The notes below the pieces were generated by a model. That model did no database searches. It was not told the DNA's origin and saw only the letters and a program-made list of their open reading frames with translations. A stretch of 64,000 nucleotides of DNA from Azolla caroliniana (Eukaryota > Plantae > Polypodiophyta), in the NCBI GenBank assembly GCA_043228905.1, contig JBHGNT010000008.1, positions 10,168,001-10,232,000 of the forward strand. The letters run 5' to 3'. Shown piece after piece: positions 49,569 to 61,656 of the stretch. Position 1 is the first letter of the stretch; each line of letters begins with the position of its first letter. The translations under genes were made by a program, and so were the position numbers.

Positions 49569-49573
<5 letters not shown>
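49562..49573 (+). promoter_or_regulatory. Self-priming PBS (also 55047-55058)
   Basis: TTGATTCGAATT is the reverse complement of AATTCGAATCAA at 49395-49406, 32 nt after the TATA; there is no TGG-type tRNA PBS. Confidence 0.85.
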
Positions 49574-49622
<49 letters not shown>

Positions 49623-50243
49623 ATCCTCCTTTGTAACCATCCTAAAACCATGGCTGCCATTAACTCAGAAGAATATCTCACCCTTGTTGCAGAAATGGAG
49701 AACCTTAAATCCAAGTTCGCATCTCTTGAAGTAGAGAATCAACGTCTACTTGGGGATCTACAAAAGGTTACTATAGAGAAGCAACAACAACAAGAGGAGT
49801 TCACGCAATGAGTGCAACAGTTAGAGTCGACAATCGTAGTGTTACAACAACAAAGGGTTGAAGGTCAGGGACTTATCAAGGAGCCCAAAATTAGCCTCCC
49901 AGCTAAATTTGATGTGTCGAGGGCGCATTTTCGAGGTTTTTTGAATCAAGTACGGTTGGTGATTCAAATGCATCCCACGCGTTATCCAACAGATGCATCG
50001 CGAGTCGGGCTAGTGGGCACCTTATTGACTGGCATATCGTTGTCATGGTTTGCTCCATTGCTAGAGACCAATTCTCCTCTACTGAATAATTTCGAGGAAT
50101 TTATCAAGGAATTTAAGGCTTGTTTCAGAGATACTGATGGGGCGAGAACAACTATCAACAAGATTTGTACACTTCATCAAGGTGATCAACCAGCTTCGAC
50201 ATATACTGCCAATTTCCGTCTCATCGCAAGCGATATTCCTTGG

Positions 50244-53199
50244 GCACTAGATGCCAACGATACATGGGACCTGTTTGACCCTCCCCGACAGTGCAAACCA
50301 ATCGGTTGCAAATGGGAGTACAAGGTAAAGTACAATGCCGACGGTTCGGTCAACTGGTACAAGGCCCGGTTAGTGGCGAAGTGATACGCACAGACCCACG
50401 GAATTGACTACGATGAGGCCTTCGCTCCAGTAGTGAAGATGACAACAGTTCGTGTGGTACTAGCGATTGCTACGGCAAGGGGATGTCTTCACCAAATGGA
50501 AGTGAAGAATGTGTTTCTTCAAGGTGACCTTGAAGAATGAGTCTATATGATCCAACCCCCTGGTTTCCAATCGGAGATGAACAAGTCCGCAGTGTGCCGA
50601 CTCAAAAAGTCACTTTACAGTATGAAGCAAGCCCCTCGAGCTTGGAATGCGAAGATCACGCACCAGTTGCGTAAGATGGGGTTTTCAGCCTCAAAGTCTG
50701 ACTCTTCATTGTTCATTAGGAACGGTTTGGATGGTCCGGTTGTCATTCGGCTTTATGTAGATGATTTAGTCATCACCAGACCCGGACTCGTTGAAATTGG
50801 TCGTGTGAAGTCCCAGCTGTCAGACACATTTGAAATGAAGGACCTAGGGGACCTTCATTATTTTCTTGGGATCGAGGTGATCTGAACCCCCGATGGCATA
50901 TTGCTCTCACAAAGATACTATGTGCTGAATATGTTGTACAAGTTTGGCATGACGGAATGCCGACTGATCTCCACACCCCTGGACGGGAACCTGAAGCTTC
51001 GTCTCGACTCTAGACTGGCCTGTGATGAGAAATGGTGTCGTAGTGTATTTCGTACACTATGTGAAAAACTTATAAAGTAACCGATTCAGTAAATATGAAG
51101 AAATAGAAGAAAATATTAAAATATATATCACATGCATAGGGCAAGATTCGAACCTTGTACCTCCATGTTAATAATTTAAAGGCTTACGATTACACTAACA
51201 CATCATGAGTGTTAAAATAGAAATGTTACTTCATACATATTTTCTAGGAAAAAAACTTTAGTTAGAAGAAAAACGCATGATAGAAAAAAGTTACACATGC
51301 ACATCTAGCATGCATAAACACTATAGTCGATAAAAGATGCATGAGGTTAGAAAAGCATGTTAGAGAAAGCATATAGTCTATAGATAGAGAAAGCATGGAG
51401 TTGATTGTTAGAGAAAAAGCATGGCTTGCTAAGACTCTCTGATCACTATATAAGGATGGGGAGCACAATGTAATAAGGGGGGAGAAGATTATGGATGAAA
51501 AATCATTAGGGTTCAAAAATAATGATTAATAAAATAAACTATGCTTGTGGGATTTACAAGTTTTCTATATCTTTCTCTTCCAATCTATTCTAATTTATTA
51601 TTAGAGTTTTAAATATTAATAAAATAAATAAACTATACTCGTGGGATTCACGAGGTTTCTATATACTTATCTTTCAATCTAAATTCATATTCTTATCTGA
51701 ATATTGATTAATCTAATACAATATACTTGTGGGGTTCACAACTTTCAATCTCTCTTTCTTAAAATATATTCATAACTAAATTTGTCTCAAATTCTTCCTC
51801 CTCCTAGTCCAAAACCTTAGTGGTTCCCACCTGACTCACGCAACGATCTGGTGCCGAAAGGCACAACAATGGTTTCGAAAAATTGTCGGAAGCCTCATAT
51901 ACTTGACAATCACTCGCCCTGACATCAATTACCCGGTCGGAGTGATCAACTAGTTCATGTAGAAGCCAACCGTCCAGCACCTTCAATGCGCACACCGACT
52001 ACTCCGATATGTTAGCGGCACGAAGGACCGGGGAATGTTATACCGACATGGTATAGCTGGGAAGTTAGTCGGATATACTGATGCCGACTGGGCTGGTGAT
52101 GCATCGGATCGCCAATCCACCTCTAGTTACATGTTTTCTCTTGGTAGCGCGAATGTTGCGTGGAGTAGGAAAAAGTAGCCAACAGTGGCTCTATCGAGCA
52201 TTGAGGTTGAATACCGGGGCGCTACCATTGCCACCTATGAAGCCATCTAGCTTCGGCACATCCAAACAAGTCAGAGCAAACGGCAGCGGCGGTAGAATCA
52301 AGAAGGACAGAGCCAACCGGAAGAAGGCGAAAACCCGGATGTGGTGAAGGGCCTAAAAACGGAAGACGTGTTGGAGATTACCGACTCGGACAAGAGATGG
52401 AACGAATCAGATGAAGTTGATTTGGTTCAAGATTCGGAGAAGCCGGATCAACTAAAGGCCAAGCGGACGAGAAGGCAACGGAAGTCGACACCAACATCGA
52501 GGAACCGATGGATCGACAAGCGCTAGAGTCATAACAACGAAGGAGCTGAAATAGGCATGTTGAGCAGACAAGCCGACCAAGGAGGTCGAGGTGCGTAGTA
52601 TCGGATGGGTCGCGGGAAGCGGAACCGGACCGGAAGAGGAGCGCGAGCAAGGCGGAATGACGACAAAAGGAGCCGGGTGGAAGGACCGGCTACCATAGAC
52701 ACTAAAACCACGATCCAACCTCAAGTTGAGCTTGAGAGGGAGTGTGGAGCGGCAAGCTCAACGGGATCCGGATTGGCTAGATAAGCCTGAGCCGGATCGA
52801 CATCTGTAACGAAGAGCCGGATCGGTATCCAGATGGTATCCGGAAACAACCGGCCAGATCGAGGAGATGGATCGGAGAGCCGGATTCGAGCACGAACCGC
52901 AAGCTTAGTAGTAGCCTAGACTACTAGGTAATCATTGTCTCGTAGTTAGTGTCAATCACACGTAGGAACATTGAAGTACACTATACTTTTGTGAATCCTT
53001 CTAAGGACTTGTATAAATAGTGTTGTGTAAGCACATTGTATGTACAGAGTATTGAGTGTATTATTTTGAATTGAATTTATGTTTTGCTCTGTCTCTCCCG
53101 TGTACGCGTACTCTTTGTGTGTGTTGAGTTTTCCCTTCATCTTCTGTTGCTATCCGGCTGAGCTAGTTTGTTAGATGCTTCCGCACATTTACTTTCACA
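50244..53199 (+). mobile_element. 3' half of a degenerate copia (RT, partial RH, PPT, 3' LTR 52743-53199)
   Basis: PIGCKW.YKVK, YKARLVAK, KQAPRAW, YVDDL, MKDLG; GAGAGGGAG PPT; LTR ends ...CTTTCACA. Confidence 0.88.
51036..51868 (+). mobile_element. Solo-LTR-like insertion with 4-bp TSD ATGG; same family as 3898-4623
   Basis: TGTCGTAG...GCACAACA; ATGG at 51032-35 and 51869-72; antisense A/B boxes at 51144-51197; TATATAA near 51447. Confidence 0.85.
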
Positions 53200-54618
53200 A
53201 AAGGTCACCGGGAAAACGAGTGGTGGAAGAAGCATGCCGATTCGGATAAATCCGGATCTGGCAAAGCCGAACAAGGGAACTGGCAAAGCTCACACTATGC
53301 AGAAGGATCGGAAGGATCCGGAACCGGGAAGACCAAAAAAGGGCCAGCCTTTGTGATGAAACACAAGGCGAACTCAATGAAGAGGACCACTTCCAAATCG
53401 GATGAAGTGTGGTACGTTGACTCCGGAGCATCAAACAACATGACGAGCCATTAAGAGTGGTTCTCGTTTTTGGAAAATTTGGAGCAACTAGGAGTTGTCG
53501 AAACCGGAGACGACACTCCTCACCCGATTGTGCATGTTGGAGAAGTCCCTTTAAGCCATGTCGGACAAAAGGGAAATTTGATAAACGTGCTACATGTTCC
53601 GACAATCACAAAGAACCTGGTATCGGTCAAAAAAATCATCGACGAGGGAATGCAGGTGTGGTTTACGCACCTCAGGTCCTTCATCGAGGAAGAAGACCGG
53701 ATAATTGTGCAAGGGCGTAGAGAAGGGAGGATGCTCATCCTCAACATTAATGTCGTCGGCACCTCCATGTTTGCCAAAAGACATAAGATTGAATCAGACA
53801 TAGATCTCTGGCAGAAGCGGATCGGCCACGTCAATTACCGGAGGCTTCAGGACCTGCAATAGAAATAGGTTGTGTTCGGTTTGCCAAAATTCAGTGGCTG
53901 AAAGGCCCATGTTTGTGAAGCTTGCCAGCTCGGGAAGTTCCACCAGCTTCCATTCCCCAATGAACGAAACCAGAGCCGTAACAAGCTCGACTTAATCCAT
54001 GCGGATGTATGGGGACCAACACAAAATGTTAGTCTTGGCGGGAGTCGGTATTTCATCTCCTTCATCGACGACTACATTTGACACACATGGATCTACCTCA
54101 TCAAGAAGAAAAACGAAGTCTTCGACTGTTTCTGGAACCTTCAAAGATTAGTCGAAAGGGAAATGGAGAAGAAGATCAAGTGCCTGCGGTCGGATGGCGG
54201 AAAAGAATACTTTTCTAGACAATTCAACAGTTATCTGCAGCAGAACGGACTTCAGAGAGAATTCAGCTACATATACACATCGGAGCAAAATGGTGTGGCC
54301 GAAAGGAAGAACTGGTCGATTGTCGATGCGGCAAGGGCAATGCTGGAGCAGAAGAGCATGCCCCAATTCTACTCGGCTGAGGCGGTCCGGACGGCCGTCG
54401 ACATCCAAAACCGGATCGGAGACAAGGTGTTAGCACATGAGCTGTATTTCGGGTGGAAGCCAAATTTGAAGCACCTTCAGATATTCGGTAGCATAGCATA
54501 TGTGCATGTACTGGATGATAAGCCAAAGAAGCTAGATCCGAAGTCAGAGAACTGCATCCTAGTCGGTTACTCGCATGACTTGAGCAAAAGGGTTATTAGT
54601 GCTATAACCTCCGGGCTA
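53200..54618 (+). pseudogene. Copia fragment: zinc knuckle, protease, integrase
   Basis: WYVDSGAS, VLHVPTITKNLVSV, IHADVWGP, LRSDGGKEY, QNGVAERKN. Confidence 0.9.
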
Positions 54619-55053
54619 TGTCATGAACACATGACCATTATGGCGTCACCCGGACTTGAACCTCGAACCTTGTAATCCATACTTGAAAACCTCAACCATT
54701 AAGATAACTTATTGTTATATGAAACAATAAAAGCTACTTCTTGTATTACATTGATTATTGTAAAACCTCTACATTATTCTAGAATGTTCTAGAATGTCCT
54801 AGAGCATTCTAGAACATTCTAAATCTCTAAGCTATTCTATAGGAACCTATAAATAAGGGCATACATGTATTCTCAAATCAATTCGAATCAACACCAATCT
54901 TTAGCTCTCATTACATATCTTGTATCCATTCTCTTTCTTTCTCTATCTTATACATCCGTTCTTCTCTTAGTATTTGGTTCCTTTCTTCTCGTGTTCTCTA
55001 ATATCCTTCTTCCATCACTCTATCTTTTATCCTTGGTTTTGACAGTTTGATTC

Positions 55054-55093
<40 letters not shown>

Positions 55094-58000
55094 CCTCCTT
55101 TGTAACCATCATGAAACCATGGCTGCCATTAACTCAGAAGAATATCTCACTCTTGTTGTAGAAATGGAGAACCTTAAATCCAAGTTCGCATCTCTTGAAG
55201 TAGAGAATCAACGTCTACTTGGGGATCTACAAAAGGTTACTATAGAGAAGCAACAACAACAAGAGGAGTTCACGCGACTAGTGCAACAGTTAGAGTTGAC
55301 AATCATAGTGTTACAACAACAAAGGGTTGAAGGTCAGGGACTTATCAAGGAGCCCAAAATTAGCTTCCCAGCGAAATTTGATGGGTCGAGGGCGCATTTC
55401 CGAGGTTTCTTGAATCAAGTACGGTTGGTGATTCAAATGCATCCCGTGCGTTATCCAACAGATGCATCATGAGTCGGGCTAGTGGGCACCTTATTGACTG
55501 GCATAGCGTTGTCGTGGTTTGCTCCATTGCTAGAGACCAATTCTCCTCTACTGAATAATTTTGAGGAATTTATCAAGGAATTTAAGGCTTGTTTCGGAGA
55601 TATTGATGGGGCGAGAACAGCTATCAACAAGATTCGTACACTTCGTCAAGGTGATCAACCAGCTTCAACATATGCTGCCAATTTCCGTCTCATCGCAAGA
55701 GATATTCCTTGGGATGAACAAGCTCTAATGGAGCAATTCCGTTCAGGCCTTCGTAGTGATGTCAAAGACTTACTTCTTACCTTCCCCGAGGATCCAAGGT
55801 CAGTTATAGAAGCTATTAGTCGAGCAATACGGTGTGATAATCTCCTTTTTTAGCATCGATGTGAGCAACAACAAATAACAAGATCAAGATTCACACCAAC
55901 TTATGCATCAGTAACGGCGCAATCATCCCCAAGGCAAATGTATAGCCCTGCTCCAACTCCAAGGCAAACACGTAGTCCAGTCCCAATGGATAGTCCTGCA
56001 CCCATGGAGATCGATATGACTCAACGACGAGGACCGTTGTCAGACGAAGAGGACTGTCGTTGAGCAAACCATCTATGCTTATATTGCGGAGGTCCAGGAT
56101 ATATAGCCATTCATTGCTCCCGTAGGCCGAGACATCAGGTAAATCAAATTCACTATGACAATAGAAATGAGTCCAACATTTTAGAAGTAGTTAGTGAATC
56201 TAATATTATGAATAATACACCCTTGTCCAATAAATTTGAAGTCCTAAGCCAATTAGAAGAGGAGTCAAACGAATAAGTCCCGCCAAAATAGGAGCCATTT
56301 GGTTGGACAACCCTAGATATGTACAACCTAGTGTGGGTTCCATTTCTTCCAAGCATGTTAGTAGAGTCTTCCCAGCCCTAGTACAAGTTAGGACACCCAG
56401 TTGTCAACTTCAAGTCCAAGCCCTCTTAGATACTGGAGCCAATTCTTGTTTCATGGATAGAGATTTTGCCCAAAAACACCAAATATCCTTGCATACACTT
56501 CCTTGTCCAGTTTTCGTAGTAGTGATTGATGGACGCCCCATAGCTTCCGGGAAGATATTTGAAGATTCTGAGCCAATACACATACTCTTGGGTGATTTAG
56601 GATGTGTAGTTTCCTTTAACATAATCCGTAGTCCTGAGCATCCAATTGTCCTCGGTTTGCCATGGTTCGAGCTACATAACCCTAGAATCGATTGGAGGAA
56701 GCGAGAAATTAGGTGCCCTTTAGCAGAAAATATCATTGTCAAGGATCGAACTCAGGATTATCCTCCTAAAGTATATAGTTCTACCGATGCACCATATCCT
56801 TCTTATCAAATTTCAGCCATCACATTGCAACAATTGTGCCAAGTGGGAGGCAAGGAGGAACTTCTCTTATTTGTAGTATCAGTGACACCTTCTAGTGTCA
56901 GTCAAGGGAATTCAGACATCCAAATTCCCAAAAAATATCAAGACTATGCTGATGTTTTCGACAAAGTCAAAGCTAGTGTTCTTCCAAAGCAGCGGTCGTA
57001 CGACTATCCTATTGATCTCCAACTAGGAAAAGAGCCACCGTGGGGTCCGATTTACAATTTATCACCCACTGAGCTTGAGGTTCTTCGACAATACATCGAC
57101 GAAAATCTTGCACATGGGTTTATTCGACATTCAAAGTCTCTAGCTGGTGCTCCTATCTTTTTTGTGAAGAAAAAGGAGGGCTCCCTTCGTTTGGTCATGG
57201 ACTATCGAGGCTTAAATAAAGTCACCATAAGGAATAGGTATGCTTTACCTTTAATCTCCAATCTCTTAGAACGCATTGGTGGGGCAAAGCATTTTACCAA
57301 AATTGATCTAAGGGGTGCATATAATCTTGTTCGAATTCGGCCGGGAGATGAGTGGAAAACAACATTTAGTACTCGGTATGGTCATTTCGAGTATACAGTC
57401 ATGCCTTTCGGGCTCACAAATGCACCTGCAGTATTCCAACATATGGCAAATGACATCTTCCAGGATTTCTTGGATATTTTTCTAATCATCTACCTAGATG
57501 ATCTATTGATTTACTCTAAAACATAGGGGGAGCATGATATACATGTGCGGCAAGTACTTGAACGCCTAAGGAAGTATGGTCTTTATGCCAAACTTGAGAA
57601 ATGCAGTTTTGATTGCAAACAAGTCGAATTTTTGGGATACACTATTTCATCCCAGGGTGTTTTCATGGACCCGGCAAAAGTCCAAACAATATTGGAATGG
57701 AAACAAACCCCCATGCTCAGTTCGGGATGTCCAGTGTTTCCTCGGATTTGCGAACTTCTATTGCAAATTCATACATAATTATTCAAGCATTGTGTTGCCC
57801 CTTACTCAACTCACCAAGAAAAATCAAGCATTTTTTTGGAGTATCGAAGTGGACAAGGCTTTTACGCAGCTTAAAGAGGCATTCACATCAACACCCATCC
57901 TAGCACATATTGATCCTGAAAAGCCATTTACTATTTAGGCGGATGCATCAGACTTTGCATTGGGGAGTATCCTATCGTAACCAGGTGAGGACAGGCAGAC

Positions 58001-58455
58001 ACATCCAGTCGCGTTTCACTCGAGAAAATTTATTGTTTCGGAGATAAACTATGAGGTGCATGACAAGGAGTTACTAGCTGTGGTCGACTCATTTGAGCAA
58101 TGGCGTCATTTTCTAGAAGGATCACCTCATCAGATTATCATTTATAGTGATCACAAAAATCTCACATATTTTCAAACAAGTCAAGTATTAAATAGACGAC
58201 AAGCTCGGTGGGCCCAATTTCTAACGCGTTTCTATTTCAAGATCATTTTTCGCCCCGGAAAACAACAAGGGAAAGTAGATGCTCTGTCTCGGCGTTCATA
58301 TCTAGCACTTCGACCTAGAGATCCGGCCTTTGACAATCAAAAGCAAACTCTCCTCGGGCCATCAAAGCTACAGGTAACAACAATTTATGCCACGCCACTT
58401 GATTCTACCCTTCTTGACACTATTCGGCAACAACTTCATTCGGATGATTTTGCTA
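54619..58455 (+). mobile_element. Tcn1/sushi-like Ty3, copy 2: 5' LTR (54619-55044), gag (55119-56276), pol (PR-RT-RH), truncated before INT
   Basis: LTR nearly identical to copy 1; PAPMEID; CLYCGGPG; ALLDTGA; PPWGPIYNLS; DLRGAYNLVRI; YLDDLLIYS; [13 protein letters not shown]; SDHKNL. Confidence 0.93.
56264..56315 (+). promoter_or_regulatory. Candidate -1 frameshift signal between gag and pol
   Basis: G TCA AAC before the gag TAA, with pol in the -1 frame; stem GTCCCGCCAAA/TTTGGTTGGAC begins after a 6-nt spacer. Confidence 0.55.
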
Positions 58456-59527
58456 AACGCAGACCAATCACTGCGTGTTTGTGAAGAAGTTCGAAGGAGG
58501 CGACTTCTTGATACTCCTTCTGTACGTGGATGACATGTTGATCGTCGGACGTGACCAAGTCAAAATACGAATGTTGACCAAAGTCAAAATACGGATGCTG
58601 ACCAAGTCAAAATACGGCCGAGAACGGGTAAGATATGCTGACCAAAGTGCTGACACCCGACAAGCTGAACGCATGTCGGAAGAAGATCGGGCTGGTAAGA
58701 CACCCCATGCCGGAGTGAAGGGGGAGTTTGTTGGGAGACAGGTCCCTCCAGATGGGAAGCGAAACCGGATGAGGAGTACCCGGCTACGGAGAGCCAGATG
58801 GTGCAGACCCGGTATGAACCGGATGAGGAGTACTCGGCTACGAAGAGCCGGATGGTGCAGACCCGGTGAGAACCGGATGAGGAGTACCCGGCTACGGAGA
58901 GCCGGATGGTGCAGGCCCGGTGAGAACCGGATGAGGAGTACCCGGCTACGGAGAGTCAGATGGTGCAGGCCCGGTGAGAACCAGATGAGGAGCACCTGGC
59001 TACGGAGAGCCGGATGGTGCAGGCCCGGTGAGAACCGGATGAGGAGCACTCGGCTACGGAGAGCCGGATGACGCAGACCCGGTGAGAACCGGAGGAAGAG
59101 ACATATTCGTAAATATGTTTCTGAGAGCCCATCGAGGCTATATTTGTAAATAGCTGAAAAGTCATATTAGTATAAATATGACTTAGGGCAAACTTTTAGT
59201 GTCGTTGTTATCATTCTTGTTGGTGCAAGAATAGAGTCTGTGCGTAACTGTACAGAGAGAGAGAGAGAGAGAAAGAGGTCGTTGCCTCTGTTGTAACCCC
59301 CGCTTGTGGCGAAGATCTGTGAGCACGAGGTCGTTGCCGCAGTGAACTCACTATTGTACATTCTTACATAGTGACAGTTTGCAGCCTGTTGGCTGCCGTG
59401 GTTTTTCCCCTAGTTTGGTGTTTTCTATGTAAACCTCCTGTGTATCTTCCTCTTCTTTGTGTCGTGTTTTATTTCCCGTTTTTCTGTGTATCATTCTAAG
59501 CTCGGTTGTGGCCGAGCGTTGCGCATA
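58456..59527 (+). mobile_element. Internally deleted copia remnant: short RT piece, PPT, LTR from 58729
   Basis: [25 protein letters not shown]; GAAGGGGGAG PPT followed by TGTTGG. LTR 3' end uncertain. Confidence 0.8.
58763..59097. repeat. 54-bp minisatellite, 6 copies plus a partial, in LTR U3
   Basis: AACC(G/A)GATGAGGAG at 58763, 58817, 58871, 58925, 58979 and 59033; partial unit at 59087. Confidence 0.95.
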
Positions 59528-59529
59528 AG

Positions 59530-61120
59530 GAGCGTTGAGTTCCAGTCAGGAAGTTGCGTCTGCTAACCAATGTGAGACCCAAGAAATGGAAGGTGACGGA
59601 GAAGAACCAAAGGTCAAAGCTAAAGACAGAAGCATAATCGAAGCTTGTTCGATCAAGAGGGTCAATGGGTGCGAGGCCCGTGAGATTGAAGAGATAGCCA
59701 CGAAAAACAACATCGAGTCGGAGATGGCTATGGACGAGTCGATGGCGGATGCTTATGTGGAGACTTTCCTAACACTTCATCTAGAGACTTGGGCAATCGC
59801 GTCTGAGAACCGACGTGAGACCCAAGAGACGGATGGTGGCGAAAAGGAAGAGAAGGACCAAGATAATACAAACAATGAAGACGGCCAAATTTTCTTCACA
59901 TTTGTTCTAGAGACTTGGGCAATTACGTCCGTGAACCGATGTAAGACCCAAGAGACGAGAGGTGATGGCGAGAACCAAAGGTTGAAACTAATACATGCGA
60001 CGAAGAGAGAAGCATAATAAAGGATTGCTCAATAAAAAGGATCAATGGGTACGAGGCCCATGACTTTGAAGAGATAGCTATGGAAAATGACATCAAGGCG
60101 AAGATGGTGAATGGCCATGAAGAGCCTTTCCCTGCACTAGTTCTAGAGACTTGGGCATTAACCGATGTAAGACCCAAGAGACGGAAGCTGGCAGTGAGGA
60201 ACCAAAGGTCAATACTTATTCGAACAACTTTAAGATGGAAATGGCTACGTGCTGCACGAGAAAGGTGGACGATGGAAATGTATGGGTCCCTCCACACTCG
60301 TTCTAGAGACTTGGGCATTAACCAATGTAAGACCCAAGAGAAGGATAATGACGGGGAAGAACCAAGGGTTAAAGCTGATGTGTGCAACAAAGAGTTTGAG
60401 CAAAATATGACAAGGGATGACGATGGCCAAGCGAGCCATGAGGACCCGAAGGATGTAATAAAAACATCTATCAAAGACACTACTGTGAAGATTGTCAACA
60501 ATAACATGAGATTGTACCATGAAAGTGGACAAAGTGAGAAACATAGAGCACGGTCGCGTAAGGATCTCAAAGTGGGCATGCACTTGAAGGTACTACATGG
60601 GGTAGTCAATACCATTATTCAAATAAAGGCTTGGGGAGAACAACATAAAACTAAAATGTGTGACGGGTCAAAGTGCCTTGAGCAAGGAGACAATCGGGAC
60701 AAAGTTGGAACATGCATAAAGCCTTAACGGATATGCTCAAAAGAAGAACAAGGGACCATGACAACCGGTCATGGTAAAGCAAAGATTGAGCGAATGATAT
60801 GGTGGATTGGGTGGCAACAATGATATGCGCGAAAGAAGAACAAGGGACCATGACAACCGGTCATGGTAAAACAAAGATTGAGCAAATGATATGGTGGATT
60901 GGGTGGATTGGGTGGCAACAATGAGTGCAAAGCAATGGACATGCTCGACGTGGAGGAGTCATGTTGATCACCATTGCCGAAATTCACATTCTCTCTTCTT
61001 GGCATGTAACAAAGGACGTGCGGTTTGGTGGGGGTGGATGTCATGAAGATTTTCTGCAACGGTGTGAAAATTGCGAGGAATGACCAAAATCGAGTGTGGT
61101 TATTCACGCAAGACATGAAA
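59530..61120 (+). repeat. Unclassified modular repeat (CTAGAGACTTGGGCA...GACCCAAGAG units) plus a 93-bp duplication at about 60741-60920
   Basis: Motif recurs at about 59780, 59908, 60143 and 60303; inverted homolog at 783-1500. Confidence 0.6.
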
Positions 61121-61534
61121 CAATGATAGTAAAGATACTATTTTATATCTTGGTACGAAAAGATGGATGTCTTCTAGACCCTCCGAATGCATTTTACTAC
61201 ATGTGAAATGGACAACTTAGTGTCAAGTTATGTGAGTGTGAAGTTTGAGAAGAAGAAGAGAAAAACAAAATTGTGAGATATCCCACATAGATAGGACAAA
61301 TCAGGATCCCACAATATATAAACAGAGCCAAAACTTATTACTTTTTGTCTATGAGTGGAGCATAGAATGTTCTTGGACTAAATTTTGGCTTAACTGCTCG
61401 TAATGATTTTGGGTGACCGGACGACGACAAAACCAGCGACAAAACCCAAACCGAAACCGGACGGCAACGGAACCGGAACCAAACGACGAGGAACCGGAAC
61501 TGGATGGATGGTGACGGAGTCGGAACCAAAACCG

Positions 61535-61656
61535 TGGAAATGTTAATGTGCGGAAGCGTTAGACAGAACCGGCTCAACCAGATAGCAACAGAAAATGAGA
61601 TGAAGGTTTAATGGAAAAGCTTAAAAACATAAAGGAGACAAAGAGAGAGAGAGCAG
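61535..61656 (-). mobile_element. Copia LTR end fragment related to the 39331 and 53199 LTR ends; host of the terminal copia
   Basis: TGTGCGGAAGC...ATAGCAACAGAA shared with 39345-39392 and with the reverse complement of 53141-53199. Confidence 0.6.

Larger units (their letters stand above)
49126..50243 (+). mobile_element. Tcn1/sushi-like Ty3, copy 1: 5' LTR (49126-49559) and truncated gag (ATG 49650)
   Basis: TGTCA...TGACA LTR; gag EPKISLPAKFD.SRAHFRGFLNQV...LLTG..LSWF resembles PEG10/RTL1/fungal gag. Confidence 0.9.

Noticed and set aside
49126-55044. One complete element bounded by the two matching LTRs
   Set aside because: Both LTRs are followed by PBS and gag, neither is preceded by a PPT, and the flanks (ATTTC vs GTTTG) are not a TSD. 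They are two 5' LTRs.
58468-59071. Arg-rich repeat proteins on both strands
   Set aside because: They are open only because the 54-bp unit is a stop-free multiple of 3; they fuse RT debris to LTR sequence.
58763-59097. CRISPR-like array
   Set aside because: Whole 54-bp units repeat with no unique spacers, there are no cas genes, and it lies in a plant LTR.
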